Counted from the stretch's first letter, positions 12,101-27,100 are shown. The stretch is 64,000 bases of DNA from Antedon mediterranea (GCF_964355755.1 NC_092672.1:26046437-26110436), one strand, 5' to 3'. Numbers and translations are program-made. The notes: a model not told the origin generated them from the letters alone.

Positions 12101-15100
12101 AATAAATTTCAAATAATAAAGGTACTGGTTTGATTGGAAAAGAAGGGAAATAAAAATAAAAATGTTTTACCACTTTGCATTTTGTCTTTGTGTGACAATA
12201 TGCACACTCCTTGTTTTCATTCAACATGTCACATTCAGCTTTATGTCTCAACTTGTCGCGTTCCATACACTGATTTCCACAATATTCTCCAATCTTGCAT
12301 TCACTACACTTCTTTGTTGCTTTTTTCTTCTCGCATCGCCAACATAATCCAGGTTCAACATCCATGTTTTCACCTAAATTTTTGTCTCATCTAATATCTG
12401 CAAAGATTGCACAGTATAAAATGCAGTGTGTATGTTCTTTATCTTGTGCCTCGAAGATAGATATTTTAGAATTTTCAGATTGCTAACATATCGATTTGAT
12501 AATTGCCTAAAGCCAGTCCTATACTGTAGTTTCCTGTGACAGCTTTACCCAATCACAATGAACAATGCTTCCATGTTGAAATTCATAGTCATAATACTAA
12601 AAATTGTATAGTATAGAACATTTTCACACTATACCCAAATTCCATTTATTACAAATTCAATGTATATTCAATGAACAATAAACAGTCACCATGGTAAAAT
12701 TAAATGTCTGAGTGAATCCATTGATATGGTCGTTTCTATGATGATACATACCAACAACAAGATTTGTATGCTTCATCAAATTTTGATGTGGCAATAATTT
12801 AAGAATCAATATTTTCTATTTGTTGCTGAAAAATGTGGTTTTCGCGCCACTCGTTTAATCTGCCGGATTCTATCTGGTGCCCTGAGAAAACTATCGAAAA
12901 ATGTGTTCAGTGGTAAAGCATGGATTTGTTCACACCAAATTCGTATGATTTGAATACGTAGCTGATCATTGGTTTGCTGAAATCATACTATTGTTTTCTT
13001 TTATCCAATGAACATTGAGCATGAAGGACCTCACTTGATGATAACCAAATCCGTGCTCAATGTGAAAGCACGCTCACAATGCACTTGACATTTTCTCACG
13101 GTATCAAATCAAATCTGGACACGATGTGAAAGCAACTAATAGGTACAGTAGTTATATTCAAGATAACAGAAGCATTTAATAGGAAACAGTAACCGTGCGG
13201 AAGCTTATTGTTCACCATGCAGGTCCGTATGCAGCATTTATAATGGGGGGGGGGGGTGCGAGCGAAGCGAGCAACAATGGCTGGGGGCCAGGGGGCCGCC
13301 AAGGGCCCCCGGTCAGGGTCCAGGGGGTAAATGGAAAAATTTGCGTTATTTGACGTTCTAAAGACTGATGTAAGACTCTCTGTTGTGGCTTGGGCTAGTT
13401 GAACGATGGACACCAGAACTTAACGCTTTCATGATGAGGCCAACTCAGCAGGGGTGGCGCCAGGATCTTCCCGACGCGGGGGCTACATTCCCCGACGAGG
13501 GGGCTATGCGAGCATCACTAGGCTGAGGGCCAGGGGCCGCCAAGGGCCCCCGGTGGGGGTCCAGGGGGCGAAGCCCCCGGAAGCATCGCGTTCTAGTGTC
13601 ATTTGAGGTCTTTTTAATCAGATTTAGGGTAGCCATTTTTTCCATTTTTTATAATGCATAAATAAAATACTGCGTGCAAAAAAACGATGCGCGATGACGG
13701 TTTCAATCCATATTTTTCAATTTAAAAAATAAAAGTTCAAAGAAAATTTTGAAAAATAGAGTTGGAGGTCCCGGAAATTGGACTTATTATACTTCAAAAC
13801 ATGAAAAAAAATATATAAGTCCCTATCAATATATAAGTCCCTATCATGGGTTGTGACTGAGCTAAGAAATGTTTGAAAAATAGAGATGTTAGGTCCCGGA
13901 AAATGTACTTCTTGTTCTTCGAAATATGCCAGCTTTATTGTTGGGGCTGAGCTAAGAAAATGTTTAAAACTAGAGCTGCAGGTCTTCAAAAAATTGCATT
14001 TTATACTTTGGAAACATCAGGCCTAGAGGCTTAAAAAACGCAAGCGTAGACCTTTTTCAGTCGGGGAAAAAAGTTTATTCCTCCCAGGTGTATGCATGCG
14101 TACCATCTGGACTTCCGAGTGGTGAGAAATTCATGACATACAGGATATTGAAAATGTAATAACTATAGCTATAATGTTGGCTAAGCGAAAATGGCATGTT
14201 TTTTTGTTTAGTAATGGATGAAAAATTTATTTTAGGTGCCCCACGGTACAGAAGGTTACTTGTAAATTAAAAAATTGGTGAACAAACGAACAATTAACAT
14301 AATTCGTTTTTGCTGTAGTGTAGCGTACGTCGACGCAGTACACGACGTAACCGTCGGTAAACTTTGCCTGGAAAATAACACATTACACATTTTGGTCCCT
14401 GGATGAAACTTGATATCACGCGTCTCGACCCAACGTTGAACGATTCGTACAAAGGGATACCGCCAGACAAGTGCGTACCTAGCTATTGTTTAGTAGTAAG
14501 TTAGATCGCTGGCAATAATGAATGCATATAAAGTGCATAATATCACTCTGACGTACTCTCACGGTCAATGAAACGTCGCGGTTTTCTAGGCGCTGAAGCT
14601 AGCTACGAAGTGAACGCGAACGCTTTTTACTGTATATTATATTCCCCGACAAAAAGTACACGTGTTCCCTGACGTTAAGTTGTCTGTATTTCTCCAGCAA
14701 ACACTTTACCGCGTACCGCGTACATGAAGCGCTAAGCTATTGCTTGTCGTCACATGATCGACTGCGCATGTTTTACATCGAGTTTGTAGTCAGTTCAGAT
14801 TCCGTAATTTAATTCCCGGTATTTTTTCATTTTATATTAGCATATTTTTGTTTGTATACCATTGATAATGTAAATTTTGTATACATATAATGATATTGTC
14901 TTTAGTTAAACAAGACAAGAAAAAATACCAACCGAGGAAATAGTGGACCTTTTGGGACTTGGGGGGGTGCGTCTGCACCCAACGCACCCCCCCTGGATAC
15001 GGGCCTGCCATGGCAAAAAAAAATGGGTATTTGTAATCCTTTTTTTTTAGATTACAATTAAAAGCAAAAGAATTTTTCCAAGATTTTATTTTTCAATGCA

Positions 15101-18100
15101 ATTTTTGGTATTTTGTTGAAAAAACAAATATTAAAGCCACATTTTGCACAAAGACAGCAGATAAGAACCATGTTATCTTTTTCCCATGGCATTAAAACTT
15201 TTCACATCTTTCTACCTTCTGACAATTTGTTTCATTCCCACCCAACTCCTACTTCCTTTACAATTATTAATTCACTTAGTGTTTTCTAATGATGCATTCA
15301 TTTTAGGACATGCATATTTGACAAGAAACAAACATTCTAATTAAATTTATAACTTTGATTCAATAATCTATGAATATCTATTCAAAAGGTTCACTTTTTA
15401 CACATTTCTATTTCTGCATATCTTCTTTATTACAAAGATTATTTATAAACCATTCACTTTGCTATTTTCCAGAAACTACAGTACATGTTTTCAAACAAGG
15501 GTATCCAAATGGATATTTTTCTTCTTCAAAATCAATACTTTGTCAAATTTGTACATGCTTTGCACCCATGTAGTTTAATTTACTGAACATAATAGTACCA
15601 TTCGCTAAATATGTGATTATCATTTTAAAACTCTTTTGGACCTATTCTCCAAGTACAGATGTATATGGTCAAATTTGTACATGCTTAATTTTGCACACAT
15701 GTATTTTGATATAGAGCTTTTCATTGAAAGGTCTCATGTTAAGTATGCTAACTATATGCTGTTCATTTATTTTTAAGTAAGAACATTGCCAAACATATCA
15801 TGTCGTCCTGTATCTTTGATCATTATAGCTGACAGTTCAATGTTTTTTGGCATATTACGCTGTTTATCCATTAAGTTTGCTTCTGGGCAGATTTCTAACC
15901 AATTAAATGTTTCTGTAATAAGTACAGCATGTTTGTTTGTTGTGCTCAGGAGAGGGCGCAATGTTGAAAGTATAGCCTTAATGCCTGTATAATCTGCAAT
16001 GTTAGAAGTTGTAATAAGATCAAATTTAGGCTCAAAGTTTGGTTCATAATCTCTATGAAGATCTGTACAGTTTTTAAGGTTGATTATGCATTGTATCCTT
16101 TCTGCATGGAAAATTGATGCAGCAGATTTGATAACACTGGAGATGTATCGATGGAATAATTCAACAATAGAATCTTGTTGGAAGCTCTTCTCTACTGCTA
16201 TGCCATCCCAACAAAGAAATGGCAACGCACTTGATCGAATACAATAGGCAAAACTAACTGAACTTAGTGCTGATTGAGTGTGCAATCTGGTGCCAGTAAG
16301 TTCCCTTTGACGGCCGGTTAGGGTTGGGTTATCAAAATTGTTTCTACGTTCATTTTGTGGCAGAAACAGACCATCTCTAAAGTACTTGCTTGCAGAGTTC
16401 CTGTATCTTATTGGAATCTTCTGTATATATTCCCTCATACCTTCAGAACTTTGAGAATCTTTTTTGAACATTTCTGCTCTCTGTTGTGATAACTTAATCG
16501 AATCTGGTTTTGCAGTGACTGTCACATTTCATTTCTCTCCATTTACCCCAGACCTCTTTCATCGTTTTTAAATCATCTTCCTCTAAAATAAGTTGACCAC
16601 TTTCTTGTCCTTAAGTGTTGCTTTTGTATGTTTGAGAAGTTCATCAAGGACTGACGTAAGAAGCTGATAATCGGTTTTTTTAAGTTGTAGTGAGTACCAG
16701 ATATTTGTGATTGATGTTTCAATAGAATCTCTTGATCTTTGAGTTATGATAATGTACAAGAACAGTACATTTCTTGCCAAAATAAATGGATCAATGTCAT
16801 TCAGTGTAAACTGAACATTCCCAGTGAAGTTACTTGGAAGTAATGCCGTTGTAAGTAACAGATTACGTAAATCTCCAACTCCTGCAAGTAAAGATGTTGT
16901 AATCTCTTGCCAATTCTGCGTCTGGTGCTGCTTCATTGCGGCCTAATTTTAGTACATCTACAGCCGATGTATTGTGGATAGTCAGTCATTTGTTTCATTC
17001 CTTTGTTAAACTCTAATTGTAGTGCATGAGATACTGCTTTTTCTTTCACTGATTTTTTTATTTGTTTGCATTCCTGTTTGTGAGATGACCAATGCTTCTC
17101 TTGACATTCATGTTTGCAATATGTGGCTTCTTTAAAGGCATTACACTGTAAACAAATTAAATTACTTGTTACATAGAATACAATTAATTTTAAAAAGTCT
17201 ACCTAATTTTGCTTGGAGACTTTTACCTAATTTATCTTGAGGAAGCATACATTTCTGAAAAATTGAAAGGGAACATTACAGGGGTATTTTTTAGTATAAA
17301 TTGAAGAAGAGTATGGGGTGCTGACTTGTCACTGAAACAAGTCAATACAAAAAATCGCTTAGACTGCCAAAGATAAAAGGGTAAAATAGGGTAAGGAAAG
17401 AATAACTTTTGGAAGATAAAAAGATGAATTTTAACACGACCACACAAGAGTACGTCTGTATACTACGGGGAATGCGGGTTAAATATAGTTTAATTTATAA
17501 TACCATTTTTTTATTCCATATTAAGGAGCATAAACAATATTCATTATTTTAATTTTGAGGAGGAGAACATTTGTTTTCTATAATTTGTCAAATCAATTTT
17601 TCTTACCACTTTGCATTTTGTCTTTATGTCTCAACTTGTCACGTTCCATACACTGATTTCCACAATATTCTCCAATCTTACATTCACTGCATTTCTTTTT
17701 TGCTTTTCTCTTCTCACATCTCCAACATAATCCTGGTTCAACATCCATACCTCTTATTTTAGTTTGATGTACGGGCTGTAAAGGTTACATGTATGTTGCA
17801 GTGTTGTAAGTTCCCGGTCTTGTATTTAGAATTATAAATAGATTTTTGGAATTTTGCATTGTCATGCTGTGTGTATCGTGATATATAAAAGAAAGTTCTA
17901 AAAACATACAAGAATACAATTCCCTTTACAATTGCTAAAATCGAGTTGTATTAAAATTACAAATTTAAATATTAAAAGCATGTTTCTACTTTGTATTATC
18001 TACCTGACAAAAGCTAGGCCTATAATCCTGTTCCCTGGTACATGTAGGTACACATACCAAACATTATAATCCTACCTTCCAAACAATATCATACTTATAA

Positions 18101-21100
18101 TACTTAAATAAATTCCTGTCATTTGATTAAAAAAAAATTGGATATAAATGTTATCAATAGAAGGAGCTAATAAAAAATAACAACTTTTTTACCTCCGCCA
18201 AGGAGGTATATGTAATCGGTAGCGTGTGTTTGTTTGTTTGTCTGTCTGTTTGTTACTTGGCAAAAAGAATTTTGCCAAGTATAGTATTCACTTTGTTTGT
18301 ATGTTTGTATGTTTGTTTGTTTGTTTGTTAGCACGATAGCGCCTACAGTTTTCAAGTTATCCTTCTGAATTTTTGGGTGTAGATAGGTATATACTTTCAG
18401 ACCATGCCTATTGAAAATCAACAACATTGGTTTATTAATAACTTCACAAATAACAAAAATGATATTATTTTCAGACCGGCTAGTGTTAAAAGATAGGAGA
18501 CAATTTTCAAAAGCCGGTGAGCAGTCTTAAAGTAACACGTAAACTGAAATTACATTTTCTCAAGAACTACTAGTCCAAAAAACCTCATTTTTGGACAAGA
18601 GGCAAGGATTATAATTTTTGATTTGTAATTTTAAAACAAAAATTGGTTTAATGTACCGGCTTTTTCATACGAGTAGTTTTAAAAAACATATTTCTTTTCA
18701 AATTCACCCGTTTGGTTTTGGCGTTGCTGTTCTATTGTTATTCAAATTAAACTATTGTTAGTTGATAATTAATTTTGTTAGTACCGGCGTATGTCCTTCC
18801 TTATTTCATTCTGTACATAGGTATATTACTTACAGAACATGCCTATTGATTTTCAGGAAAACTGATATATTCATGGTCATGTCTCAAAAGCTTATCTTCC
18901 GTACGATATATTAATAGCACGCATTCTGTCTTTTTTTAACATGGACATATTCTTTGATATGGACCAAAATATTAGTCGACTGGTCACGCGGTTAAGCTTA
19001 CTACATGGGTTAAGGCAGAGGCGCCGCAAATCGGCACAGCTTCAAGACACTCCTCGACCATTATTCTGGTCAATCTTGATTTTAGAAAGGTCATTGTTGC
19101 AATGCCGGAGTTGTTTGTATCAAAAAATTATTTAAACAAATTATTAACCCCAGCAGGATTTTAACAATGTAAAGCTAATACCTATAAAGCAAACAAATGT
19201 ATCTTTCAACATGCTCCGAGTCAGTGGATATATTTTGCCAAGTACTTCACTCAGTTTCTGAGTGCTTTCATTTGTTTGTTAGCAGGATTACTCAAAAAGT
19301 AATTACAAGATCTTTACCAAAATGAATGTACAGATAGATATGTGGTCAAGGACCATTCCATTAAATTTGGGGACCATTTCGGACCACGGTCCCAATTCTG
19401 GACCACTTTTTAGTATACTTTTTTATATATAGTGTTAAAAGATAGGACAGAATTTTTCAAATGCCGGCGAGCAGTCTTAAAGTAACAAGTAAACTGAAAT
19501 TGCATTGTCTCGAGAACTACTTGTCCAAAAAACTTCATTTTTGAACAAGAGCCAAGAGTTATAATTTGTGATTTGTAATTTTAAAACATAATTTGATTTA
19601 ATGTGCACGTTTTTTGATGCGAGTAGTTTAAAAAACCTATTTCTTTTCAAATTCACTCGTTCGATTTTCGCGTTGCTGTTCTATTGTTAGTCAACTGAAG
19701 CTATTGTTAATTGAAAGGCTTGTTACATATTCCATTACACCAAACTCGCATACACATGCTTGTAGTGAAATTAGCCTAAATCACAAACAGCATTAAGACA
19801 CACACAAATATGTATATATATATTTTTTTTTTTACCGGAGAAATCTTATGTAGGAGAATTTTACAGTAGGCGGAGGTATGCACTCTCTGAGTGGCTTTCT
19901 AGTTTTTATATGATTTTTGATTGACTGATGCAGGTTGGTACTGTATGTTACTAGATTTGTATATGTTATCTTTATGTCACACAGAAATAAATTAAGCCCA
20001 CCCTTTTTATTTTTCAAAATTGGAATACTAAAAATTAATTTTTAACTCATATCCAGGTTTAATTATATATTTTAAAATGTATTACTGTATTATTTTGCTT
20101 GTTATTTGTATTTCTTGTTGAGACCCTTATTGGAAATAAGTTCACCAGGACTTTTATGGGATACCCTGCATCTCTACAGTCTTTTTACCTTTATTGTTAT
20201 TTTCACGCTGCTGCTCTAGCCCGCTAAGTCACACGAGATGACTCATTCATTAGATGAAATCAAGCAGCAGTATAGACTACACTTTGACATTTTTGTTAAA
20301 ATGGAAACTCGACTAGAATTTATAGGTACCACCAAAAAACGGCTGGGAAAAGAGTCTAATGACAAATCCCAAAGCATTTCTGGTATTTATGAGTCCCATG
20401 ATATTACTATAATTCACTGTCAGATAATCATTGAATTATTATCAAAACAGTCCATTGAAGTTTTTGTTTGTAATAGGATACTTGAAGTATCTAGGCTTGA
20501 TGAAGTGACCCCCAGACTTGACCTTAGCAATAACAATAAGCAAGCAGTGTTTTTTGTAAGAAATATTCTTGTTTACATTATATAATTCTCTTTACTATTT
20601 TGTTTTTCATCTCAATGAGATGAATTAATCAAAATAAAATGTAGGTGGAATCTTTTGCTACACCAATACAAGTAGTTTTAATTGTGACAAAACCCAACAA
20701 ACAATTTTATTTTTCTTCAAATGTTATAGTATTTCTTTATTCACTCTTGAGTTGCCATTCCAAATATATTTTGCATGCAACACTTGGTAACCACAACATG
20801 CAAATGATGACCTTGTTTAACTGATTTGTGAAATTTCGAAGACAAAATCCTTCCATATTGAATGCTTTTACCTCTATCTGCTTTTATACAGTAGGCCTAG
20901 GAAATTACATTTGATTCTTGTCACTTTGGTGAAGGATTTGGGAACATTTCACAGGCAAATTATTATCATATGCACAAACCCTTACTACACCACATCAACC
21001 CAAGGTTGGCATAGATCATACATTATGTGCAATTTGCAACCTCGCAAGGCGTAAACCTAGTTTCCTATACTTTTAGATTAACATGAAGGGAAAAAGTCAA

Positions 21101-24100
21101 TTTCGTTATTTTGTTAAAAACAAAGATTAGACCAAAATTTTGCACAAAGACGGCAGATAAGAACCATGTTATGTTTTTCCCATGGCATTAAAACTTTACA
21201 CATCTTTCTACCAATTCTTCTGAAAATATGTTTCATTCCCACCCAACTCCTACTTCCTTAAATTACAATTATTAATTCACTTAGGTCGTGTTTATACAAC
21301 ACCCTAAATTTGAACACGGCTTTAATTTTTAGCGTGTTGTTCGGACCGAGGTCAACCCACCTTAACGTTTGCTGTTATACTAGAAATCACGATACCGTGT
21401 TATACCGGAAGTTTCATCAACACGCAGTGCATGCTAGGATAAGGTCAAATCGTTGATCGCGCTTGAATTGGCCGAGTTGTCAACAATCATCGTCGCCTCC
21501 TCGCTGTCCGATGTATTCGCGCGGTTTTTACCATTTTCATTATATTGTATTCGTTCACGTTTGCATTGTTGTTTATTTTGTTCTCGGTTCATTTAAATTA
21601 ATAAAAGTTATTTTAAGGGTTTCATTGTTTCATCTATACACTATGGAAGAAGATGCCATTTTTGCGATGTTATTTTTTTTATTCTGTTTGGAGTGGGAAA
21701 CGATAGAGGCCTACTACCACTACGAGTTGGCCCCACTAGGCTAGGCGTAAGACGTGGTAGGAGGATGATTGCTGGCAGCGAAGCAGCAATAAATGGGCCC
21801 AATCTTGTTAGCAATGATTGATATTACGACATGTTTTAACGAGAGGTCAAAATATACCCTGAGGACACTTCCAACACGGTAACGGCGACCGGGAATCCAC
21901 CAAATTTTAGGATTCAGCCAAGTAGCCTTTTTTGCAATTAAAATCTCATTACACGGAATCTCTTTGTTGTTATACAACACACTTTTCGTAGGCGTGTAGA
22001 ATATGCGTGTAATAGCGTGTTGTATAAACGCGCCCTTAGTGTTTTCTAATGATGCATTCATTTTAGGACATGCATATTTGACAAGAACAAAAATTCAATT
22101 TCTAACTTTGATTCTGTAATCTATGAATATCTATTCAAAAGGTTCACTTTTTGCACATTTCTATTTCTGCATACAGTATCTTATTTACAGTATTACAAAG
22201 ATTATTTATAAACCATTTTTCTATTTTCTAGAAACTACAGTACAAACAGGGGTATCCAAATGGATATTTTTCTTCTTCAAAATCAATACTTCAAATCAAT
22301 TTTTGCATGCTTTGCATCCATGTAGTTTAATTGACTGAATATAATAGCTCTTTCACAAAATATGTGATTATCCAAAAAAAAAACTTCTCTTTTGGACCTC
22401 TTCTCCAAGTAGAGATGTATATGGTCAAATTTGTACATGCTTAATTTGGCACACATGTATTTTGATATAGAGCTTTTCACTTAAAGGTCTCATCTAAACT
22501 GTATGCCAACTGTATATGCTGTTCATTCATCTAAGTTTTACCCCTGCCTTTCCTTTTTTGATTGCTCTTTTTCTGATTTGAACAACTTCTTTATTCACTC
22601 GTAATCTATTGAGGTGAATCTAGTTCTAGTAGCCAATACTAGTAGAGCTATTATATTCAGTCAATTAAACTACATGAATGCAAAGCATGCAAAAATTGAT
22701 TTGAAGTATTTCAACATTTCGTTATTCACTCTTGATCTAGTTGCCATTCCAAATATCTTTCTTGTGCAACACTGTTGTTTATTAACCTAGGGTTACCACG
22801 ATATAGAAATGGAACAACCTTGTTTAACTCTCTTGTGAAATTTCGAAGACGAAATCCTTCCATATTGAATGCTTTTGTTGAACTTGGAACAGTGTTTCCT
22901 AATGCTAGGTCATCAGTAGTTGCAAGAAACAGAATGCGCAAGTAACGAAGAAAGAAATTACGTGTATCAAAGTAATCGTAAAGACACATTATGTTTCCAA
23001 ACATATCATGTCGTCCTGTGTCTTTAATCATTACAGCTGATAGTTCAATGTTTTTTGGCATATTCCGCTGTTTATCCATTAAATTCGCTTCTGGACAGAT
23101 GACTATCCAATTCATTGTTTCTGTAATGAGCACTGCATGTTTGTTTGTTGTGCTCAGAAGAGGGCGCAATGTTGAAAGTAGTGCTTTAATGCCTATGTAG
23201 TCTGCAATGTTCGAAGTTGTAATACGATCAAATTTAGGCTCAAAGTTTGGTACATAATCCCTGTGAAGATCTGTACAGTTTTTAATCTTGATTATGCAGT
23301 GTATCCTACCCTCCTGTAAAATTGATGAGGCAGATTTGATAACACTGGAGATGTATTGATGAAATAATTCAACAATGGAATCTTGTTGGAAGCTCTTCTC
23401 TACTGCTATGCCATCCCAACAAAGAAATGGCAACGCACTTGATCGAATACAATATGCAAAACGGACTGAACTTGGTGCCGATTGAGTGTACAATTGGGTA
23501 ACAGTAAATTCCCTTTGACGGCCGGTTAGGGTTGGGTTATCAAAGTTGCTTCTACGTTTATTTTGTGGCAGAAACAGACCATCTCTAAAGTACTTAGTTG
23601 CAGAGTTCCTGTATTTTAATGGAATCTTCTGGGTATATTCCTTTATACCTTCAGAACTTTGAGGATCTCTTTTGAACATTTCTGTTCTCTGTTGTGATAA
23701 CTTAATTGAATCTGGTTTTGCAGTGTCGCATTCCATTTCTCTCCATTTACCCCAGACCTCTTTCATCGTTTTTAAATCATCTTCCTCTAAAATAAGTTGA
23801 CCACTTGTCTTGGCCTTTAGTGTAACTTTTGTATGTTTCAGAAGTTCATCAAGGACTGACATCAGAAGCTGATAATCTGTTTCTGGAATTTGTAGTGAAT
23901 ACCAGATATTTGTGATTGATGTTTCACTAGATTCTCTTGATCTTTGAGTTATGATAATGTACAAGAAGAGTACATTTCTTGCCAAAACAAATGGATCAAC
24001 GTCATTCAGTGTAAACCCAACCTTACCAGTGAAGTTGCTTGGAAGTGATGCTGTTGTTAGTAACAGATTACGTAAATCTCCAACTCCTGCAAGTAAGATG

Positions 24101-27100
24101 TTGTAATCTCTTGCCAATTCTGAATCTCTACCTTCTGCATCTGGTGCTGCTTCATTGCGGCCTAGTTTCAGTACATCTACAGCTAGAGTGTTGCCGATGT
24201 ATTGTGGATAATCAGCCAATCTTTGCATTCCTTGGTGTAACTGAAATTGTAGTCTATAATTGTTTGCTCTTTCTATCAACATCTTTCTGATTTGTTTGCA
24301 TTCCTGTTTGTGAGATTACCAATGCTTCTCTTGACATTCACGTTTGCAATATGTGGCTTCTTTACAGGCAGTACACTTTAAGGAAAAAGTAAGTGTTTAT
24401 GCAGTACTACCACTTATATATTACCAAACCTCATTTAAACGCATGGGAAAGCATGTCATATTTTGTTCTATTGTTTATTATTATTTATTCATAATGGAAG
24501 GGTTATCTTTCTATTAATAGGCCACAGAAATGAAAGTTATAGATTTGCATCCAAAACATAGAAAATACAAGATACAGTAAATTTGTCTTCCATTTGACCT
24601 CTGTGATGATGGTCCTACCACAATTTGGAATTATAGTTTTCATGCTACGGATGCCATTTAGTCATAATTCATGCAATTTTTACTGTACATTGGCCGCCGT
24701 CGGTATATAAATTAAGCCATACCATAAATCTTCTAATAGTAACCCACACTCTAATAGTAACCCCACCTTCTAATAGTAACCCACTACTCTAATAGTAACC
24801 CCACCTTCTAATAGTAACCCACCTTATAAGTCAATGTATAATAATAATAACCCACTACTAACCCATGGGTTTACTATTAGAGTCACAACAACTATGATGT
24901 AGCCATATTTTTGAAAATAAGGAGAATGCATGTTGATCTTAGGAGTGAGGGAGGATTGAGTGTTTTTGAGTTTATAAAATAAAGTTACAGTTCAACCAAA
25001 TTTGTTTATTTGTACTGTTTTATTATTTTGCTATGAGTTGCTAACCGGAAAAGTTGGGGATGGGTTACTGTTTTCAGGTGCCTAATTTAAGATTAGTAAT
25101 AGTAACCCACTACTCAAATAGTAACCCACTACTCTAATAGTAACCCATCTTCTAATAGTAACCCACCCTAAAAACAATAAAAGAATAATAATCCAGGGTT
25201 AGTTACAATTAGAAGATTTATGGTACAGTCTTATTGTATTGATATTTTTAAAGTTTAGTTGCAATATCTGGGACCTACAATTTGTTTCAACCCCTGATCA
25301 TGAATTTTTGTATCTTACACTTGGCTGGTCACAACAATTGTCATCTGTACAAGATGGCTTCCGTAGTAGAAAATTTTGTATAACAAGCAGATTTTTTATT
25401 TTTTTTTATAATTTAGTGAATTATGTTTTTAGTCATGCAGGTAAATTATCAACATTTACCACTTTGCATTCTGTCCTTGTGTGACAATATGCACACTCCT
25501 TTTTATCGTTCATCATGTCACATTCTGCTTTATGTCTCAGCTTGTCACGTTCCATACACTGTTTTCCACAATATTCTCCAATCTTACATTCACTGCATTT
25601 CTTTGTTGCTTTTCCCTTCTCACATCTCCAACATAATCCAGGTTCAACATCCATGTTTATAACTAAATTTTATTCTGATTTAATATCTGTAAAAATTGCA
25701 TATGTGTAGTAAGTGTGTCTTGAGTTCTTTGTCTTAGTTTTTCTAAATATAAATATCTTGGAATTTCCAGATTGATGACATCATTGAAAAAAAAAAAAAA
25801 AAAGGAAACAAGGTCAGTTGATAGCACATTCACCAACTGACTATTACAGTAGTTGTTTATTACAGGGAGAGTAAAGGATTTTGTTTATTATCTGTGTCAC
25901 TCAATAAGGTTTGGTTCCACCATGTTACAAGGGATTCTGGTTTTAAAACATTTTACTTTAAAAAGTAACATCATTATTCATTTTGGAAATTGAAATAGTT
26001 ACTTTAATAAAACCAAAAGGCCTAATGTTTGATGTTATTCATCTTTGTTTTTTATGGTTTGGGGGATACAAGTTTAAGTTCAAGATCTTATTGTGTTTTT
26101 ACCAACAGGTACAAAAACAAAATCAGTTGCTGATTATAAAACAGAATATCAATAAAAACATTTAAAAAGTTCAAGGCCTATAGAAAACTTATTATTAATA
26201 TACAAAACATACAAACAACATAAAAAGTATAAAAAATCAAGTAAAAAACATTCAAATTGTATACAAATATAACGTTAACATTGTATATTATAAAAACTGC
26301 TTTAGCATAAAAATCTGTGAAAAAGTTGTATAAATACATCTTTTTTATGTCAAATTATAATGTTGCATAGTTTGTATGTAAATGTATTTATCACTCTTTC
26401 TGGACTTATTAGTAGTAGTGTAGGCCTATTTGATAACCCTTATTGTTAAAAGGTTATGAGAAAAGAATGTATTTTTAAACAATAAAAAATATATCTCTTC
26501 TAAATTATAGTAACTCAGTTGACTCCATTTGTCTTCCATTCAGTTTTTTTTATTCTTTTATTCATTCTTATTTAATTTTTTTTTTTAAGGCTCGCCTGCC
26601 ACAAGGCATTTTTTTTAACTTCCAGGGCATCTGCCTTCAAACTCTGACCTCATATAATTTTGTTATTGCTTTTTAATTTATTATCTTCTTTTATGTCAGA
26701 ATATGTAAATATATGTTATGGAACTTAAACTTAGAGTGCTGGTTGAAAGAAATAGAAGAATTTTTTTTTTAGAAGTCCACACAACATTTTGATCTTTTTT
26801 CAGGAATCTAGATGAATTGATGGAAAGTTTTGAGAATTTCCTTATTGCTTTTTTATCATGTTTTATTCTGCATTTACATGCCCAGCCACTATGAACAATT
26901 GTCGTATTCGATTGGGAACTTTCGTTGTAAAGATTCGTTGAGTACTTTTTGTATTCGAATTGTAAATTTGTGCTCAACAGAAAGTCATTCGAATAGAAAA
27001 CGTTGACAACGAAAGCTTTTTCGTTAAGAACAATCTCAACGCTCAAAATACTCCGTTAAAGAAGTACTCAACGGAAAAACTGTACTCAACGGTGGAAGTC

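Noticed and set aside
24722-25223. Clustered 20-bp repeats with short variable gaps, CRISPR-like at first sight
   Set aside because: Bounded by TIRs and TA duplications; these are subterminal repeats of a MITE.
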